The translations under genes were made by a program, and so were the position numbers. Below the pieces are notes generated by a model that was given only the letters and a program-made list of their open reading frames with translations, did no database searches and was not told where the DNA came from. A stretch of 64,000 nucleotides of DNA. Origin: a candidate division CPR3 bacterium GWF2_35_18 (GTDB lineage: Bacteria; Patescibacteriota; CPR3; GWF2-35-18). This document shows, in pieces, positions 37,292 through 48,500 of the stretch; positions within the stretch are counted from its first letter, which is position 1, and every line of letters begins with the position of its first letter. The stretch spans positions 4,870-68,869 of the forward strand of contig MESW01000006.1 of assembly GCA_001771135.1 (NCBI GenBank). The letters are read 5' to 3'.

Positions 37292-37930
37292 ATGAATAAT
37301 AAACTACCACTGAAACTCGCTGTAAATATTGTTATTACAATTGTTTCTTTATTATTCTTTTTTACCTTTATCCCTATCAACAACACTGCTTCCGCTGATG
37401 GCCCCTGTTTATGCGTTTCCGGAAAATGTGCTGGTTGTTCTGCGGCGGTAAATGATCTTGCGTGTGGACTAAATACAGATATCTGTGACAATGCGCAGAA
37501 AAGATACTCCTGTGAACATACTTTATTATACCAATCTCCTAGCAACCCAACCTTTGCCGCTCCAGGAAGATATCTTTGCAGTATCAGCTCTGATCCTGCT
37601 GATCGATATCCAACCACTTTAAATATGGCTTTAAAGGGTTCCTGGTCAGAGGTTTTCAAAACCTGCTTCTGCTCCGCCGGTCAAATGATTCAAAAGGTTA
37701 TTGATATCGCGATCTATTCGATCTCCGGTATTGCCCTAATAGTTTTAGCTTTGGGTGCGATTAAATATATTACCGCTCAAAACAATCCCGATAAAATCAT
37801 CGAGGCTAAAGACACAATTTTGGCTGGAATTGTAGGCCTTATTTTAGTTCTTTTCAGCCTAGCAATTATCAATCTTTTTCAGGGACAGCTTCCAGGTAGC
37901 TGGGGAATAAACTTTTTAAATATACCTTAA
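37292..37930 (+). CDS. small secreted 'pilin-like' protein, paralog 2, with a Cys-rich N-terminal domain
   Basis: Signal/TM MNNKLPLKLAVNIVITIVSLLFFFTFIPI. Cys-rich module DGPCLCVSGKCAGCSAAVNDLACGLNTDICDNAQKRYSCEH. C-terminal conserved IKYITAQNNPDKIIEAKDTILAGIVGLILVLFSLAII. Confidence 0.5.
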   Translation: MNNKLPLKLAVNIVITIVSLLFFFTFIPINNTASADGPCLCVSGKCAGCSAAVNDLACGLNTDICDNAQKRYSCEHTLLYQSPSNPTFAAPGRYLCSISSDPADRYPTTLNMALKGSWSEVFKTCFCSAGQMIQKVIDIAIYSISGIALIVLALGAIKYITAQNNPDKIIEAKDTILAGIVGLILVLFSLAIINLFQGQLPGSWGINFLNIP

Positions 37931-37939
37931 GCATAAAAT

Positions 37940-38479
37940 ATGAAACGTTTTACCATTAAAATCACTAAAATAATCTTAATGCTTTCATTACTCATTATTC
38001 CTCTGAGTAGCATTCTACAAAATCCGACACTGGCTGCCTGTACCTGTATAAATGATTTATGTGTTGCTGGAGCAGCCGGAGATTGTATCGCTTCTCGTGC
38101 TGGTGCTCCTTGTAAATATGACAATGACTGTTCAGTTCTTTCTGATGTTAACTGTACTGCTTGCAGTATTATTACCTTTGTTTTTAAAGTTATTCTTCCT
38201 TGGACTTTTGGTATTGGAATTTTAGCCGCGGTTGTTTTTCTAGTCATTGGCGGTATCCGTTACATAACAGCCGGTGATGATCCCAAAAAAATATCTGATG
38301 CTAAAGGGACTGTTACCTGGGCGGTAATCGGACTTGTCATTCTCATTATAGCCGGATCGATTGTTCGTCTTATATGGTTATTCTTTGGATTTGAAGAAGG
38401 AAAAATATTCTTAATCCCCACGACAACTGCTGACATACCAGGTCAGGAACCTGTCTTAGATTGTATCTTGTGTGAATAA
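37940..38479 (+). CDS. small secreted 'pilin-like' protein, paralog 3, with a Cys-rich N-terminal domain
   Basis: Signal peptide …NPTLA. Cys-rich module ACTCINDLCVAGAAGDCIASRAGAPCKYDNDCSVLSDVNCTAC. C-terminal conserved IRYITAGDDPKKISDAKGTVTWAVIGLVILIIAGSIV. Ends in a CILCE tail. Confidence 0.5.
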   Translation: MKRFTIKITKIILMLSLLIIPLSSILQNPTLAACTCINDLCVAGAAGDCIASRAGAPCKYDNDCSVLSDVNCTACSIITFVFKVILPWTFGIGILAAVVFLVIGGIRYITAGDDPKKISDAKGTVTWAVIGLVILIIAGSIVRLIWLFFGFEEGKIFLIPTTTADIPGQEPVLDCILCE

Positions 38480-38584
38480 AGAATTTTAGAAAAATTGACA
38501 ATTAAAAACTGAAAATCTTAAAATATATATCAACCGGTTTAAAAATCTGCTTATTTTTAGATTTTTAAAGAAAAGGCCTTAATA

Positions 38585-41500
38585 ATGAAGAAAAAACTGC
38601 TTAAATTATTTCCATTCTTAGTCATTATTGCGACATTCCTTTCCCTATCGCAACCACTTTTTTCACCGGCTTTAATTGAGGCCAATCCTCCTGCAGATGT
38701 TTTTACCGGTCAAATTATCCCCGCTTTTATAGGTAACGAATATGATCCCTCTGTTGCTTTTCAGGAATTAGCCGGCTCGACAGTCTATGTTTTTGCGTAT
38801 GACAACTGGGAAGCAGCCTCTGATAGAATTGTTGTGGGAAATAAAGCAATTAAAACTCAGATAAGGGCTGATGGTTCTTTCCAGGTGATGGGACTTCCAC
38901 ATGCTTCTTATTATGGAGTATATTTTCCTTACGACCAATATGGTCCTTATGAACCACGAAATGGTAGTGGTACAGAATATTCTTATAGCTGTTCCTTTCC
39001 TTCCCCTCCACTGGGATCATGTGACGCCATTTGGGGAGGAAATGCCCCTGTTTATCCTATCCCTGGATTGGATGATTACTGCTGTGTTCCTCCGACTCGA
39101 GTAGCAAATACGATCAAAAATACTCCTTTCCGTGCTCCAGAACCAGATGATAATATTATCGATGTCTTTTCTTATGCTCAAGCTATATATAATGGAACCT
39201 CTCTTATTCCTACCCAAATAGCCGATGAATTTATCAAACCTGAAGGCAAGGCAATCTTCGTTACTTCAAATAATAAACTCGATATTGAAAACCATATCAA
39301 TGTTTTTCCCGTAGTTCCAACCTCAGTTTTAAAAATAAAAATTGATACTGAACAGTATGGAAATAGTATCGAAAATAGTGATAGAAGTCAGCTAAAACTT
39401 GGTTATGCAATCGCACACCGTCCGGTTTCAGTGACTGCAACTAGGATAGGATATTACCGTATTGAAATGTGTACTAATATCTTTGGGATACCCTGGGATT
39501 GTGGAATCGATTATGGTACAAAATATCTACCAATTGGTGGCCCAGCAATTACGGGAAGAACTGATGAAAATGGAAACTTTAAAGCCTATGCTCCTTCAGG
39601 ATATTATCATATTAAATATGTCTTTGAAGATGGAACTGAGAATATGGCTTTTCGAGAGATTGATGCCTTGGGAGAAAATCCTGAACCAGCCGACTCTAAT
39701 TTTGGAGTAACTACGGCTCTTTTAAAATCATTGTCTCAATGGAAAACTGATCCTACTGATACCTATATAGAAGACAAGCCTCAAAACGTAATAGACCCTC
39801 CTCTATACAAAGTTTATCGTAAAGGAGTAAGTATTTGGGGTTCAGTTACTAGACCATTTGTAGTTAAAGATAATAACCGCAGTCAATTCAATATACCAGT
39901 CTCTACGTTTTATACGGGAAATGATGGCTCTGATACAGGAGGACAAAGCAATACAATGCCAGATTTAGCGGTCTATACAGAAACGAACTATTCCGCGATT
40001 GATTTGGGAGTAGAGGTAAAACAAGATTTTGAAGCTGTAAATATGTTTAATAACTCCGGAGTTATTTCAGCAGACCATGATGATAACTATTGTGTAACGA
40101 ATAAAAATGCTTGTAACTTTTCCACTGTCAATAAATATGGGATTTTTTATATGCGTACCTCAGAAGCATATTCTTTTATTAATGGTAAAATAAGATTAGC
40201 CGGTTATAACTCAGCAACGAATGAAGTCTTTTTAGACAGTCTACCCCTCTATCCTGATGTTGGCAGTACTGATTATATTGAACCCCAACCACAAGCCCTA
40301 CAAGGATTAATAAGTGGACCAAATAGTTCATATAGTTATAACTTTTCCACAAAAAAACATGATAATAGAGGTATTTACGCAACTGTAAGAGATAATAGAG
40401 GACTGGCTGTACCTGGAGCTCAAGTTACTATTGCTCCTAATGAACCCGATCTAAAAAGCAGTAGTGTCGCTCAAACACAAGGAATTAGTTTATTAACTGA
40501 TGCTGATGGATCAGTGTATCTTTCTCCTCACGTCTTCTCTGAAAACGCAGAATTAATGACAGATTCGGCAACCTGTAACGGTTCTGATGATAGTGTTGCT
40601 GAAAATGGATATACCTTAATAGCTTCTCAAGGAGATACCTTTAAAGCTTCTCTTGATCTTACCAAAGATCAGATTTGTGATTCTATTGACGCGCAACAAT
40701 CTGTTGAAATTGCCAGTATTAAGGGAAAAAATGTCTACACTAACGAACCAGGAATGATTCAATTAGCCAAAGCATTACAGACAGATAATATTTTTACGGT
40801 AAGCGCCGCGGAAACCGAATCTGCTTGCCAAATATATAAACAAGATAGTAGGACGGTCGCTCCCTATGTCCCAAATGATCCAGTGGCAAACGAACAAGAA
40901 TGTGTGAATCTTTATGGATATTTTCTTTGTACACCAGACCCATTTGTTACGATACAAGGAGAATTTTTTGGCGGTGTTTCCGAAAATGTGATAGTTTTGG
41001 CTGCAGGTGATGCTTCTGGAAGCTATCGATCGACAGAAATTATTAAAGAAGAAGTTATTCCTAATCCGGAAACAACTCTTCATTCATCATCTGGATTTGG
41101 TGGTTTCTATGATACTACTAATAAAAAATTATATATTCACATTCCCTGCGCCTGGAAATCAGCTCAACTGAAAATAGAGGCTGGTGAGGAAAAAACAGAT
41201 AACTCTCAAGGAGATGTTGAACTTACAGTTATCGAACAGATCCGAGTTTATCTCATTCAATTCGGTGCAAATTTAGCCAAAGGTTTTGCTGGCGCAAGAG
41301 ATGCAGTTGACATTGGTGGGAGCTTTGATTACGACGAAGCTGTTGAAGAGATTGATGAAGTAGCAGAATCAGGTATCGACTCAATCATAAATAAAGGCCT
41401 TTCTGAGCGTCATTTTATAAAAGGTGATGCCCGAAAAGATGAAATGCAAGTCGCTATCTCAGAAACAAACGTTAGTGGTACACCCCCCAGCTATACCATA

Positions 41501-43654
41501 AATCCTCCTGCGGCCACATTCTTTTTGAAACCAGCTTGTCATGTTTTTGATTTGTTAAATTATCAAACTTGGGGTAATTTTGCTTGCAATCTCATTGAAG
41601 GTATGGGGAAATTTTTACAAGGCAGCATGGAATTTTTAGAAGATACTATTCTTCATACAAAGCCGATTTCAGAGCTATCCACAATTACTACATTATGGAA
41701 TCTTTCTCGTAATATTAGTAATGGAATAATTATTATTTTGGTTTTAATCTTTGCGGTTATGTATATGTTCCGAATGGATTCCAAAGATCTTCCTCTAAAA
41801 GAGCTTCCAATGAAAATTGTGAAGGCAGTGATCTTAATTAATCTCTCTCTCCTCTTCTGTCAGCTATTTATTGATATTTCTAATGTAGCTACAAGATCAA
41901 TATTCCTGATGGTTCAGAATGCTTTTTCACCTACTGGACAGACAGCTGTAATTAACTTTGCTTCTTTTGCAGCGATTATCACGACAATAGCTCTTTCGGC
42001 TGGAGCCTCAGGAGTGACAGCAGGCGTCGGTATAGCAACTGCAGTGGTTGCTTCTGGTGGAACAGCTTTAGTCGCTATAGGTATTGGAGTCATTGTTGCT
42101 GTCCTTGCCTTCTTTATGGCAATTATTACCTTAGCTGTAATTATTTTAATTCAATTTGTTGTTCGTTTAATGGTCATCTATCTTTGTGTTATTCTCGCTC
42201 CGCTTCGATTCCTTATGGGAATACTCCCTCAAGGCGAAAGTTTTGTAAAAATTTGGGATACAACCTTTTATAGTTTTGTTTTTATGCAGGTATTAGCGGC
42301 ATTATTTCTCAATGTCGGAATTGCTCTCATGTCTAATATCCCTAGTGGAGCTGGTTTAGAAATTGTTATTTCTCAATTGGCCGTAGGAGTAGCAATCTTT
42401 ATGGTGGCCTTGAAGTCTCCAAGCTTAATCCTACAACTTCTTGGTGGTGGTGGAATGGCTGGAAAATTAGCTGGTGGAGCTGGTGAGACTCTTACTGAAT
42501 GGAGACAGGGACAACAAGAAAAAATGGGTGCTGAAGCAGTTGCAGGTCGCGCAGGAGAATTCAAAGCTGAATCTCAAATGCATGGCGGTGGAGTAAGAGG
42601 CTTTGGAAAAGCGACCCTTTCCAGAGTGCCTATAATTTCAACTTACACAAAAGCAAAAAATGCGAACACTCAAGCTCAAGCAAATAGACTGTTCACAATG
42701 AAAAGAAACCAAGATATTCAGAAAGAAGGACAAGGATCAGTTCTAGCTCAAGGAACAAAAGGTCAAAGTGGAGATCTAACTCATATAGAACAAACCGAAG
42801 GCGGTAATGGTGTTTTACGATCGGTCAATGCTTGGGGTAGCGGTAGAAATGATCTATCTGCAGAAATTGATACCAACAGAAGTCCTACTGCTAATCAGTA
42901 TGTTCAAGATCATAATAGAGATATTGAGAATGATCAAGAGGTCAAAGATATTGACCAACAAGCAAATACTGAACAAACACAACAAATTGAAGCTATCATT
43001 AGACCTGATGTTGAAACTCAGGTAAATAATGAAATTAATGCTTCAAGCCCGACTTTAAGTCTTGATGATGCTTCTGTGACTCAAGCAGCCCAAAGTAGAA
43101 TTAACATGGGTGGAGCGGCTGGAAAGACGATTGATCAAGTGAAAGAAGACGTTAGAAGAGAAAGAACTGCAGCTAGAGCCCCAATGATGGCAGCCAAGAT
43201 GAAAGAACAACCTCGAATTGATCAAGCAATGGCAAGTCATCAAGCTGAAATCCAAAAGATTAAAGATGAAGCAAATAAAAAGAAAATGGAAGCACGCAAG
43301 AAAAAAGGTTATATCGTTACTGATCCTAATACTGGGACTGCTAAAGTCAATGGACAACAATTACTAGAGATTGCGGAACAAGAACTTAAAAATGATCCAA
43401 AACTGAAAAAAGAAGTTGAAAGACAGATAAAAGCGGCTGGACTAGCAAAGACTGTTAACGCAAAAGCTCTACACGCTGCAAAACTTGCTGAAGGAACTGA
43501 AGGTGGAGTAGAGGTTGGAACTCGACAACAAAGAAATATACAAAATCGCCGAAGACAAGCTGGAGCTGGACAAAGAGTCAATTATGCCGCCGCTGGAATG
43601 AATTATCGAACAGGAGATCTCTCTGGGCTTAATGAACCGGAAGAAAATATCTAA
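38585..43654 (+). CDS. giant (1689 aa) envelope protein: secreted N-terminal domain of about 1080 aa plus a C-terminal polytopic Gly/Ala-rich TM region (VirB6/TrbL-like) and a charged, Q-rich cytoplasmic tail
   Basis: Signal peptide MKKKLLKLFPFLVIIATFLSLSQPLFSPALIEA. About 7 TM helices between residues 1075 and 1360 (e.g. IIIILVLIFAVMYMF; ALSAGASGVTAGVGIATAVVASGGTALVAIGIGVIVAVLAFFMAIITLAVIILIQFVV; FYSFVFMQVLAALFLNVGIALMS). Then LLGGGGMAGKLAGGAGE and about 330 aa of K/E/Q-rich tail. No nucleotide-binding motif. Confidence 0.5.
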   Translation: MKKKLLKLFPFLVIIATFLSLSQPLFSPALIEANPPADVFTGQIIPAFIGNEYDPSVAFQELAGSTVYVFAYDNWEAASDRIVVGNKAIKTQIRADGSFQVMGLPHASYYGVYFPYDQYGPYEPRNGSGTEYSYSCSFPSPPLGSCDAIWGGNAPVYPIPGLDDYCCVPPTRVANTIKNTPFRAPEPDDNIIDVFSYAQAIYNGTSLIPTQIADEFIKPEGKAIFVTSNNKLDIENHINVFPVVPTSVLKIKIDTEQYGNSIENSDRSQLKLGYAIAHRPVSVTATRIGYYRIEMCTNIFGIPWDCGIDYGTKYLPIGGPAITGRTDENGNFKAYAPSGYYHIKYVFEDGTENMAFREIDALGENPEPADSNFGVTTALLKSLSQWKTDPTDTYIEDKPQNVIDPPLYKVYRKGVSIWGSVTRPFVVKDNNRSQFNIPVSTFYTGNDGSDTGGQSNTMPDLAVYTETNYSAIDLGVEVKQDFEAVNMFNNSGVISADHDDNYCVTNKNACNFSTVNKYGIFYMRTSEAYSFINGKIRLAGYNSATNEVFLDSLPLYPDVGSTDYIEPQPQALQGLISGPNSSYSYNFSTKKHDNRGIYATVRDNRGLAVPGAQVTIAPNEPDLKSSSVAQTQGISLLTDADGSVYLSPHVFSENAELMTDSATCNGSDDSVAENGYTLIASQGDTFKASLDLTKDQICDSIDAQQSVEIASIKGKNVYTNEPGMIQLAKALQTDNIFTVSAAETESACQIYKQDSRTVAPYVPNDPVANEQECVNLYGYFLCTPDPFVTIQGEFFGGVSENVIVLAAGDASGSYRSTEIIKEEVIPNPETTLHSSSGFGGFYDTTNKKLYIHIPCAWKSAQLKIEAGEEKTDNSQGDVELTVIEQIRVYLIQFGANLAKGFAGARDAVDIGGSFDYDEAVEEIDEVAESGIDSIINKGLSERHFIKGDARKDEMQVAISETNVSGTPPSYTINPPAATFFLKPACHVFDLLNYQTWGNFACNLIEGMGKFLQGSMEFLEDTILHTKPISELSTITTLWNLSRNISNGIIIILVLIFAVMYMFRMDSKDLPLKELPMKIVKAVILINLSLLFCQLFIDISNVATRSIFLMVQNAFSPTGQTAVINFASFAAIITTIALSAGASGVTAGVGIATAVVASGGTALVAIGIGVIVAVLAFFMAIITLAVIILIQFVVRLMVIYLCVILAPLRFLMGILPQGESFVKIWDTTFYSFVFMQVLAALFLNVGIALMSNIPSGAGLEIVISQLAVGVAIFMVALKSPSLILQLLGGGGMAGKLAGGAGETLTEWRQGQQEKMGAEAVAGRAGEFKAESQMHGGGVRGFGKATLSRVPIISTYTKAKNANTQAQANRLFTMKRNQDIQKEGQGSVLAQGTKGQSGDLTHIEQTEGGNGVLRSVNAWGSGRNDLSAEIDTNRSPTANQYVQDHNRDIENDQEVKDIDQQANTEQTQQIEAIIRPDVETQVNNEINASSPTLSLDDASVTQAAQSRINMGGAAGKTIDQVKEDVRRERTAARAPMMAAKMKEQPRIDQAMASHQAEIQKIKDEANKKKMEARKKKGYIVTDPNTGTAKVNGQQLLEIAEQELKNDPKLKKEVERQIKAAGLAKTVNAKALHAAKLAEGTEGGVEVGTRQQRNIQNRRRQAGAGQRVNYAAAGMNYRTGDLSGLNEPEENI

Positions 43655-43675
43655 ACGTTTTTAAAAGATTGTTTC

Positions 43676-43722
43676 TGAGCCGGCTTAAAATTATAAATTT
43701 TAAGCCGGCTCTTCTTTTTCCA
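43676..43722 (+). terminator. rho-independent terminator
   Basis: GAGCCGGCTTAAAATTataaATTTTAAGCCGGCTC followed by TTCTTTTT. Confidence 0.6.
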
Positions 43723-43837
43723 AACTCGAATAATTCCCTTCCAACATTTTGTTGATTTTGCTATTTAAAGGCTATTTATTGTATAATTTAAAGAGTTTTT
43801 AGATACATTAAGCTATAAACTATATGAAAGGAACAAC

Positions 43838-45406
43838 ATGAGCGGACCAGTGGAAGATATGGCACAACGTGCCGGCCAATATAAAGCCGAACAGGAAATA
43901 GCTCGTTTCAATCAGATGCGTGATGAATTAGACACAATTGAATCAGATCCGAATGCATCTGAAGGTAAGAAAGTCCAAGCAAGGAGGGGTTTTTTTGAAA
44001 GACTTCTGCATGCAAAGCGTGAAATCTATGATACGGGAACACTTGGTTATTTAATGGCCACACTTGGTTTTAATTGGCTACGCCAAACAATGCATCATGC
44101 TAAACATGCTTTTGTCAAAGGACAAATGGAAGTCCTAAAAACTGAAGCAGATGCAATCAAAGTAGAACACATGCAAACCGAACTTTTCAACATGCATGTA
44201 GAAGAAGGTCACACCATGCAAGTTCAGGATGCGTTTTTTGGATATACTGGAGGTGCGGTTAAGGAGCTTTCTAAACTTGCCGCGCACGCTTTCTGGGTTC
44301 GAGATGTTGATATTTATTGTCCTCTTGATCGTAAAGAGGTCGTTTCCGGACTAATCCATGGTCATGAAAATGCCTTTACCTTTCGCGAACTAGCTCGAGC
44401 CTATAACGCCCATTACGATCTTTATTATCCTATGTTGCTAGAAAAATTCGAAAAAGGCGAAATCAATGAAAAGGAGTTTCAAAAATATGGTTTTCACCGT
44501 CGCCAATCAGAAAGAATTAAAGGAATTGGAGCAATCAGAGAAGATGATGATCCCCGTAAAACTGACATGACCTTACCTGAGCTTTATTCTCTGGGAGTTT
44601 GGTTGTTTGGAGAAAAATCTAACCCCGATGAAGACAGAGTACTTGTAAAGAAAGAATCTGGGGTACTAAGAGATGAGCAACATTTAGAAATACCTGACAA
44701 TAAAAAATATATTGAAGAGTGGCAAAAAGCGACCGGATTTACCGAAGATGTGATGTATGGAGATCGAGATTATTGGACGAAGTGGATTATGTTTCAACTC
44801 AAAGCCCCAACCATGTTTAACGTTGCTTTAAGAAAAATGGGGTATAAAGTTGATTTTCATGGAGAAATTAATGATGAAAAAGCAAGAAAGAATGCCAAAT
44901 ATGGAGATGTGATTGGTAAATACTACGGACATAACAATGACTATTACCACCGATCACTCTCTATGGGTGTCGGAGGACAGATTGGACGAGCCCAAATGCG
45001 TAATCGACAAGAGGCCGAAGATCGACTAAGTGAAGTTGCGGAGCTCGTTGAATTACTTAAGAAAGAACATCCAACCACAGATGAACAAACTCGCATTGCC
45101 GAACTTGTAGATAGAGAAGATGCCCGAATGGATGCTGAAAGTATTGATCAGGGAATCTTGAATACCGTTGCAGATACTATTGTTAGGAGAAAAGCCCAAG
45201 AAGAACACTGGGAACTGGATCCACACAAACAAACAAAAGAAGAGAGAACAAAAGTTGAAAATTATCGGAAGTGGGTTCAAAAAAGACTCCAACAAAGATG
45301 GGCGGAATCTCAAGGTAAAAGAGCAACAAATGTTGGAGAAGTTCGTGACTTTGCCGATAAACAAGCTTGGGATATCTGGGATGACGCTAGTTCTGAAGAA
45401 CAATAA
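43838..45406 (+). CDS. hypothetical soluble protein (522 aa) embedded in the pilin-like/giant-protein locus
   Basis: No signal peptide, TM helix or Walker motif. His/Trp/Tyr-rich with many acidic residues. Unrecognised family. Confidence 0.4.
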   Translation: MSGPVEDMAQRAGQYKAEQEIARFNQMRDELDTIESDPNASEGKKVQARRGFFERLLHAKREIYDTGTLGYLMATLGFNWLRQTMHHAKHAFVKGQMEVLKTEADAIKVEHMQTELFNMHVEEGHTMQVQDAFFGYTGGAVKELSKLAAHAFWVRDVDIYCPLDRKEVVSGLIHGHENAFTFRELARAYNAHYDLYYPMLLEKFEKGEINEKEFQKYGFHRRQSERIKGIGAIREDDDPRKTDMTLPELYSLGVWLFGEKSNPDEDRVLVKKESGVLRDEQHLEIPDNKKYIEEWQKATGFTEDVMYGDRDYWTKWIMFQLKAPTMFNVALRKMGYKVDFHGEINDEKARKNAKYGDVIGKYYGHNNDYYHRSLSMGVGGQIGRAQMRNRQEAEDRLSEVAELVELLKKEHPTTDEQTRIAELVDREDARMDAESIDQGILNTVADTIVRRKAQEEHWELDPHKQTKEERTKVENYRKWVQKRLQQRWAESQGKRATNVGEVRDFADKQAWDIWDDASSEEQ

Positions 45407-45543
45407 AGCAAACAAGTTTCATATTTGAAAACAGTTTTCTTAATCCTGTCTATTCTGTGTTTTGCTATTTCTCTTTTATTTCTTTCTAATTTCTTGTAGA
45501 ATAATTACTGGAAGTTAGTTAATCTTCTTATTAATCCAAAATT

Positions 45544-48500
45544 ATGAAAGTGCCTTCAAAAAGGTTAAAAAAACTCATTTCACTAGGTTTGAATATCTTA
45601 CTTACTCTTTCTTTAATATTACAATCAAGCCCAGCTTTCACCACTCCAGTAAATGCTTATGACCCATTTTCATTAACTCCGGAAAAGCTAGGAATTTTTA
45701 AAGGTTTACCCGATAAATTCAAAGGGTTTTTTGATTCCGCTTCCCAAAAATTAAATGGTTTATTCAAAACGCCATCTGGAACTACAGGTGGAGCATCTGA
45801 AGGCTCACCCGCTCAACCACTTCCAGACGAAGAACACCCTATTATCCCAATCTCAGCTGATTTAATTCAAGTAGATGCTACATGGAGTGCTAGCTGTGTT
45901 CCCGATATGCCTCCTGATGAATATTTAGCATCTGGTGGTGGAGGTGGAACCTGTTATATGACTCCATATGAACCTCCGGTACCACAAAAACCAATTGAAG
46001 ATAATGGAAGTTGTGCTGAAATAAACATAATTTCTGATCGTAGTTGTGTCATTGCTCCGGGACGAAGTGTGAATTTTGTAGTTGAAATTGTCAACAATTG
46101 TGACACCACTTTTACAATTTTGAGTATTTTTGATGACCATAAAGGTCTTGTGAATATTAAAGAAACAAAAACTGTGGGTCCTGGAGAAAAAATCACCACT
46201 CTTCCCTACGATATTGTGGTTAAAGAACCACTTATAAATACCGTAACTTTAACAGCTCAATTTAGCGATTATAATCCTTTTATTATCGAAAAAATAGGGA
46301 CACTGATTACTATTGACCCTTTGGGTTGCCAGATTCATCCCGTTTGTTTAGCCCTTTCATATGAAGCTGAACCAACCTGTGTAGAAAATTCTGGCGATCC
46401 TTCTAATTTCATCGCTAGAATTAACAATAATTGCACAAATCAAATAACCAGCACCCAACTGATAACCTCTTTTAACACTCAGAATCTTGGAACTTTAGTT
46501 GCTGGGGAAACTGTTATTGAACTCGGAGAAAAAAATATCACTTCAAATATAACAGAAACGGCTAATTTAACAGCCATCATGGATACTTATTTTATTAATG
46601 TAACAGACACAGCAACTGTTTCCTTATCTCCTTTCCCTGTAGGATGTGTGACAAATCCACCTAGTACTTGTATTTCTTTTCACGAAGTTGCTATTCCTTC
46701 TTGTGTTGAAAACTCTGGAGAACAATCAACTTTTACCATTTCAGTAACAAATAACTGTACTGAGAATTTCACAATTAGCAGTATTACGGATACTTTGGCT
46801 CCTGGAGGAACAATAGATATCACAGGACACGAATCTGTCCCGGTTTCAGGAAGTCAGTCATTTAGTTACAATTTAACAATTAACAATCCTGTTTCTGGAA
46901 CTGCTAACCTGACCGGAGTTTTGGCTTCTGGAACAACAATAACAGCAACAACAACTTCTGGTGTCTCCGTTGGAAACTGTATATCCTTAAATGAATTAAA
47001 TCTTCCTCTTGGACTTCATAGTTTAAATAAAAATACAAACATTTCTAATCTAATATCTAAAATAAAAGATTTTATCCCAAATGCTGTAAATCATATTAAA
47101 GAAATCTTCACTCCAGACAATGTTACTGCAGCTACCCCAATTTGTGATACCTGTCAAACAGAGAATTACGGTTGGGATGAAAATCCTCCTGCCGGTTTTG
47201 ATGACGAATATAATGATTATTATCAAATTGAACCTGGCATTTGTATGGTCGAATGCAACCCCATGTCTGATCCTTTTGAAAGTGACTCCTGTCCGGATCC
47301 ATATCAATGTCCTGAAAGAGTAGCCTCCTATACCAATTATGGCAATTGTGATGAAGAGGTTAAGACTTGTACTGTACCAATACTGGGAACGCAATTTGAT
47401 GCTTGTTGGGGATTGTATCCTCCTGCTGCTCATACCCCTTATGATTATACTGATCCCGATGCCTCATGTACGCTAGACGACTTACCCACAACAACGCCAA
47501 CTGGTGAAACTGTTGGTGGAGACCCACAAATATATGAAGTTTTCTCGCAAAATATCACTCAATATAACTACGAAGAGTGTAATAGACATGACAGCATAAG
47601 TAAATATAATCGAGCCTGTGCCCCACAATATTCATATACCAAAGCAGATATGCCCACCTGCTATCCAACAGATCTGGGAACAAGCTATGGAGCAACTGCT
47701 CGCAAATTAAATGGTTGTAATGAACTCATTGAACCTACTGAACTTGATGATGGAACACTTGTTGGTGTTTCTCCACCCCAAAGTCCTAACAAAGCGGACG
47801 CATACGATTGTAGTGAAAAAACATGTAACGCTACAGACGGACCACGTTGTGTGCAGGGAACTGAAGCAGTCTGTCGAAAAGCAATTGAAATTAAAACCTG
47901 TGAACAGCTTATCACTACAACTTCTGAACCTCCTGCTGATAATTGGGGGGAAAACTGCGTTGTCCAAGCACTTCCAGCACAAGAGATAACTTGTGGAAAT
48001 GCAGAAGGTTGTCCTGCTGATGGCGGATCAGAATACGGATGTAGTGTTGAAAATATCTGTACTCAAGACGTAAGTTATTGGGATGGAAATTCAGAAGATC
48101 ATGATTGTGATGATGACGGAAGTGCTGATTGTTGTTCAGAATGTGAGTTTGAAGGAGGAGTTGAAGTTTGTAATGATAATCCAGGAAATAATGATTGTGG
48201 TGGAAGCTGTTGTAATTGTGATGATGGGTACGAGGGTTGTTTAAATTTTGATACCAGTAGTAATCCTGAATCAATCCCTCCTACTCCAGACGCATGCAGT
48301 GGTGGAAATTGTTCCTGCGAAGAAGGTTCTAGTGCGGGAGAATGTGCTAACGCTGATAACACTCTTTGCGCTGATAATGGAGAAACTGGCTGTGCTGATT
48401 TGGAAGATTGTTGTAAGCTCAAAGAACATTGGGAGTGGCCAATAACTTCTGATGCACTTGACTGTGCTATCTATCAATATACTGAAAGACATATGATGTA

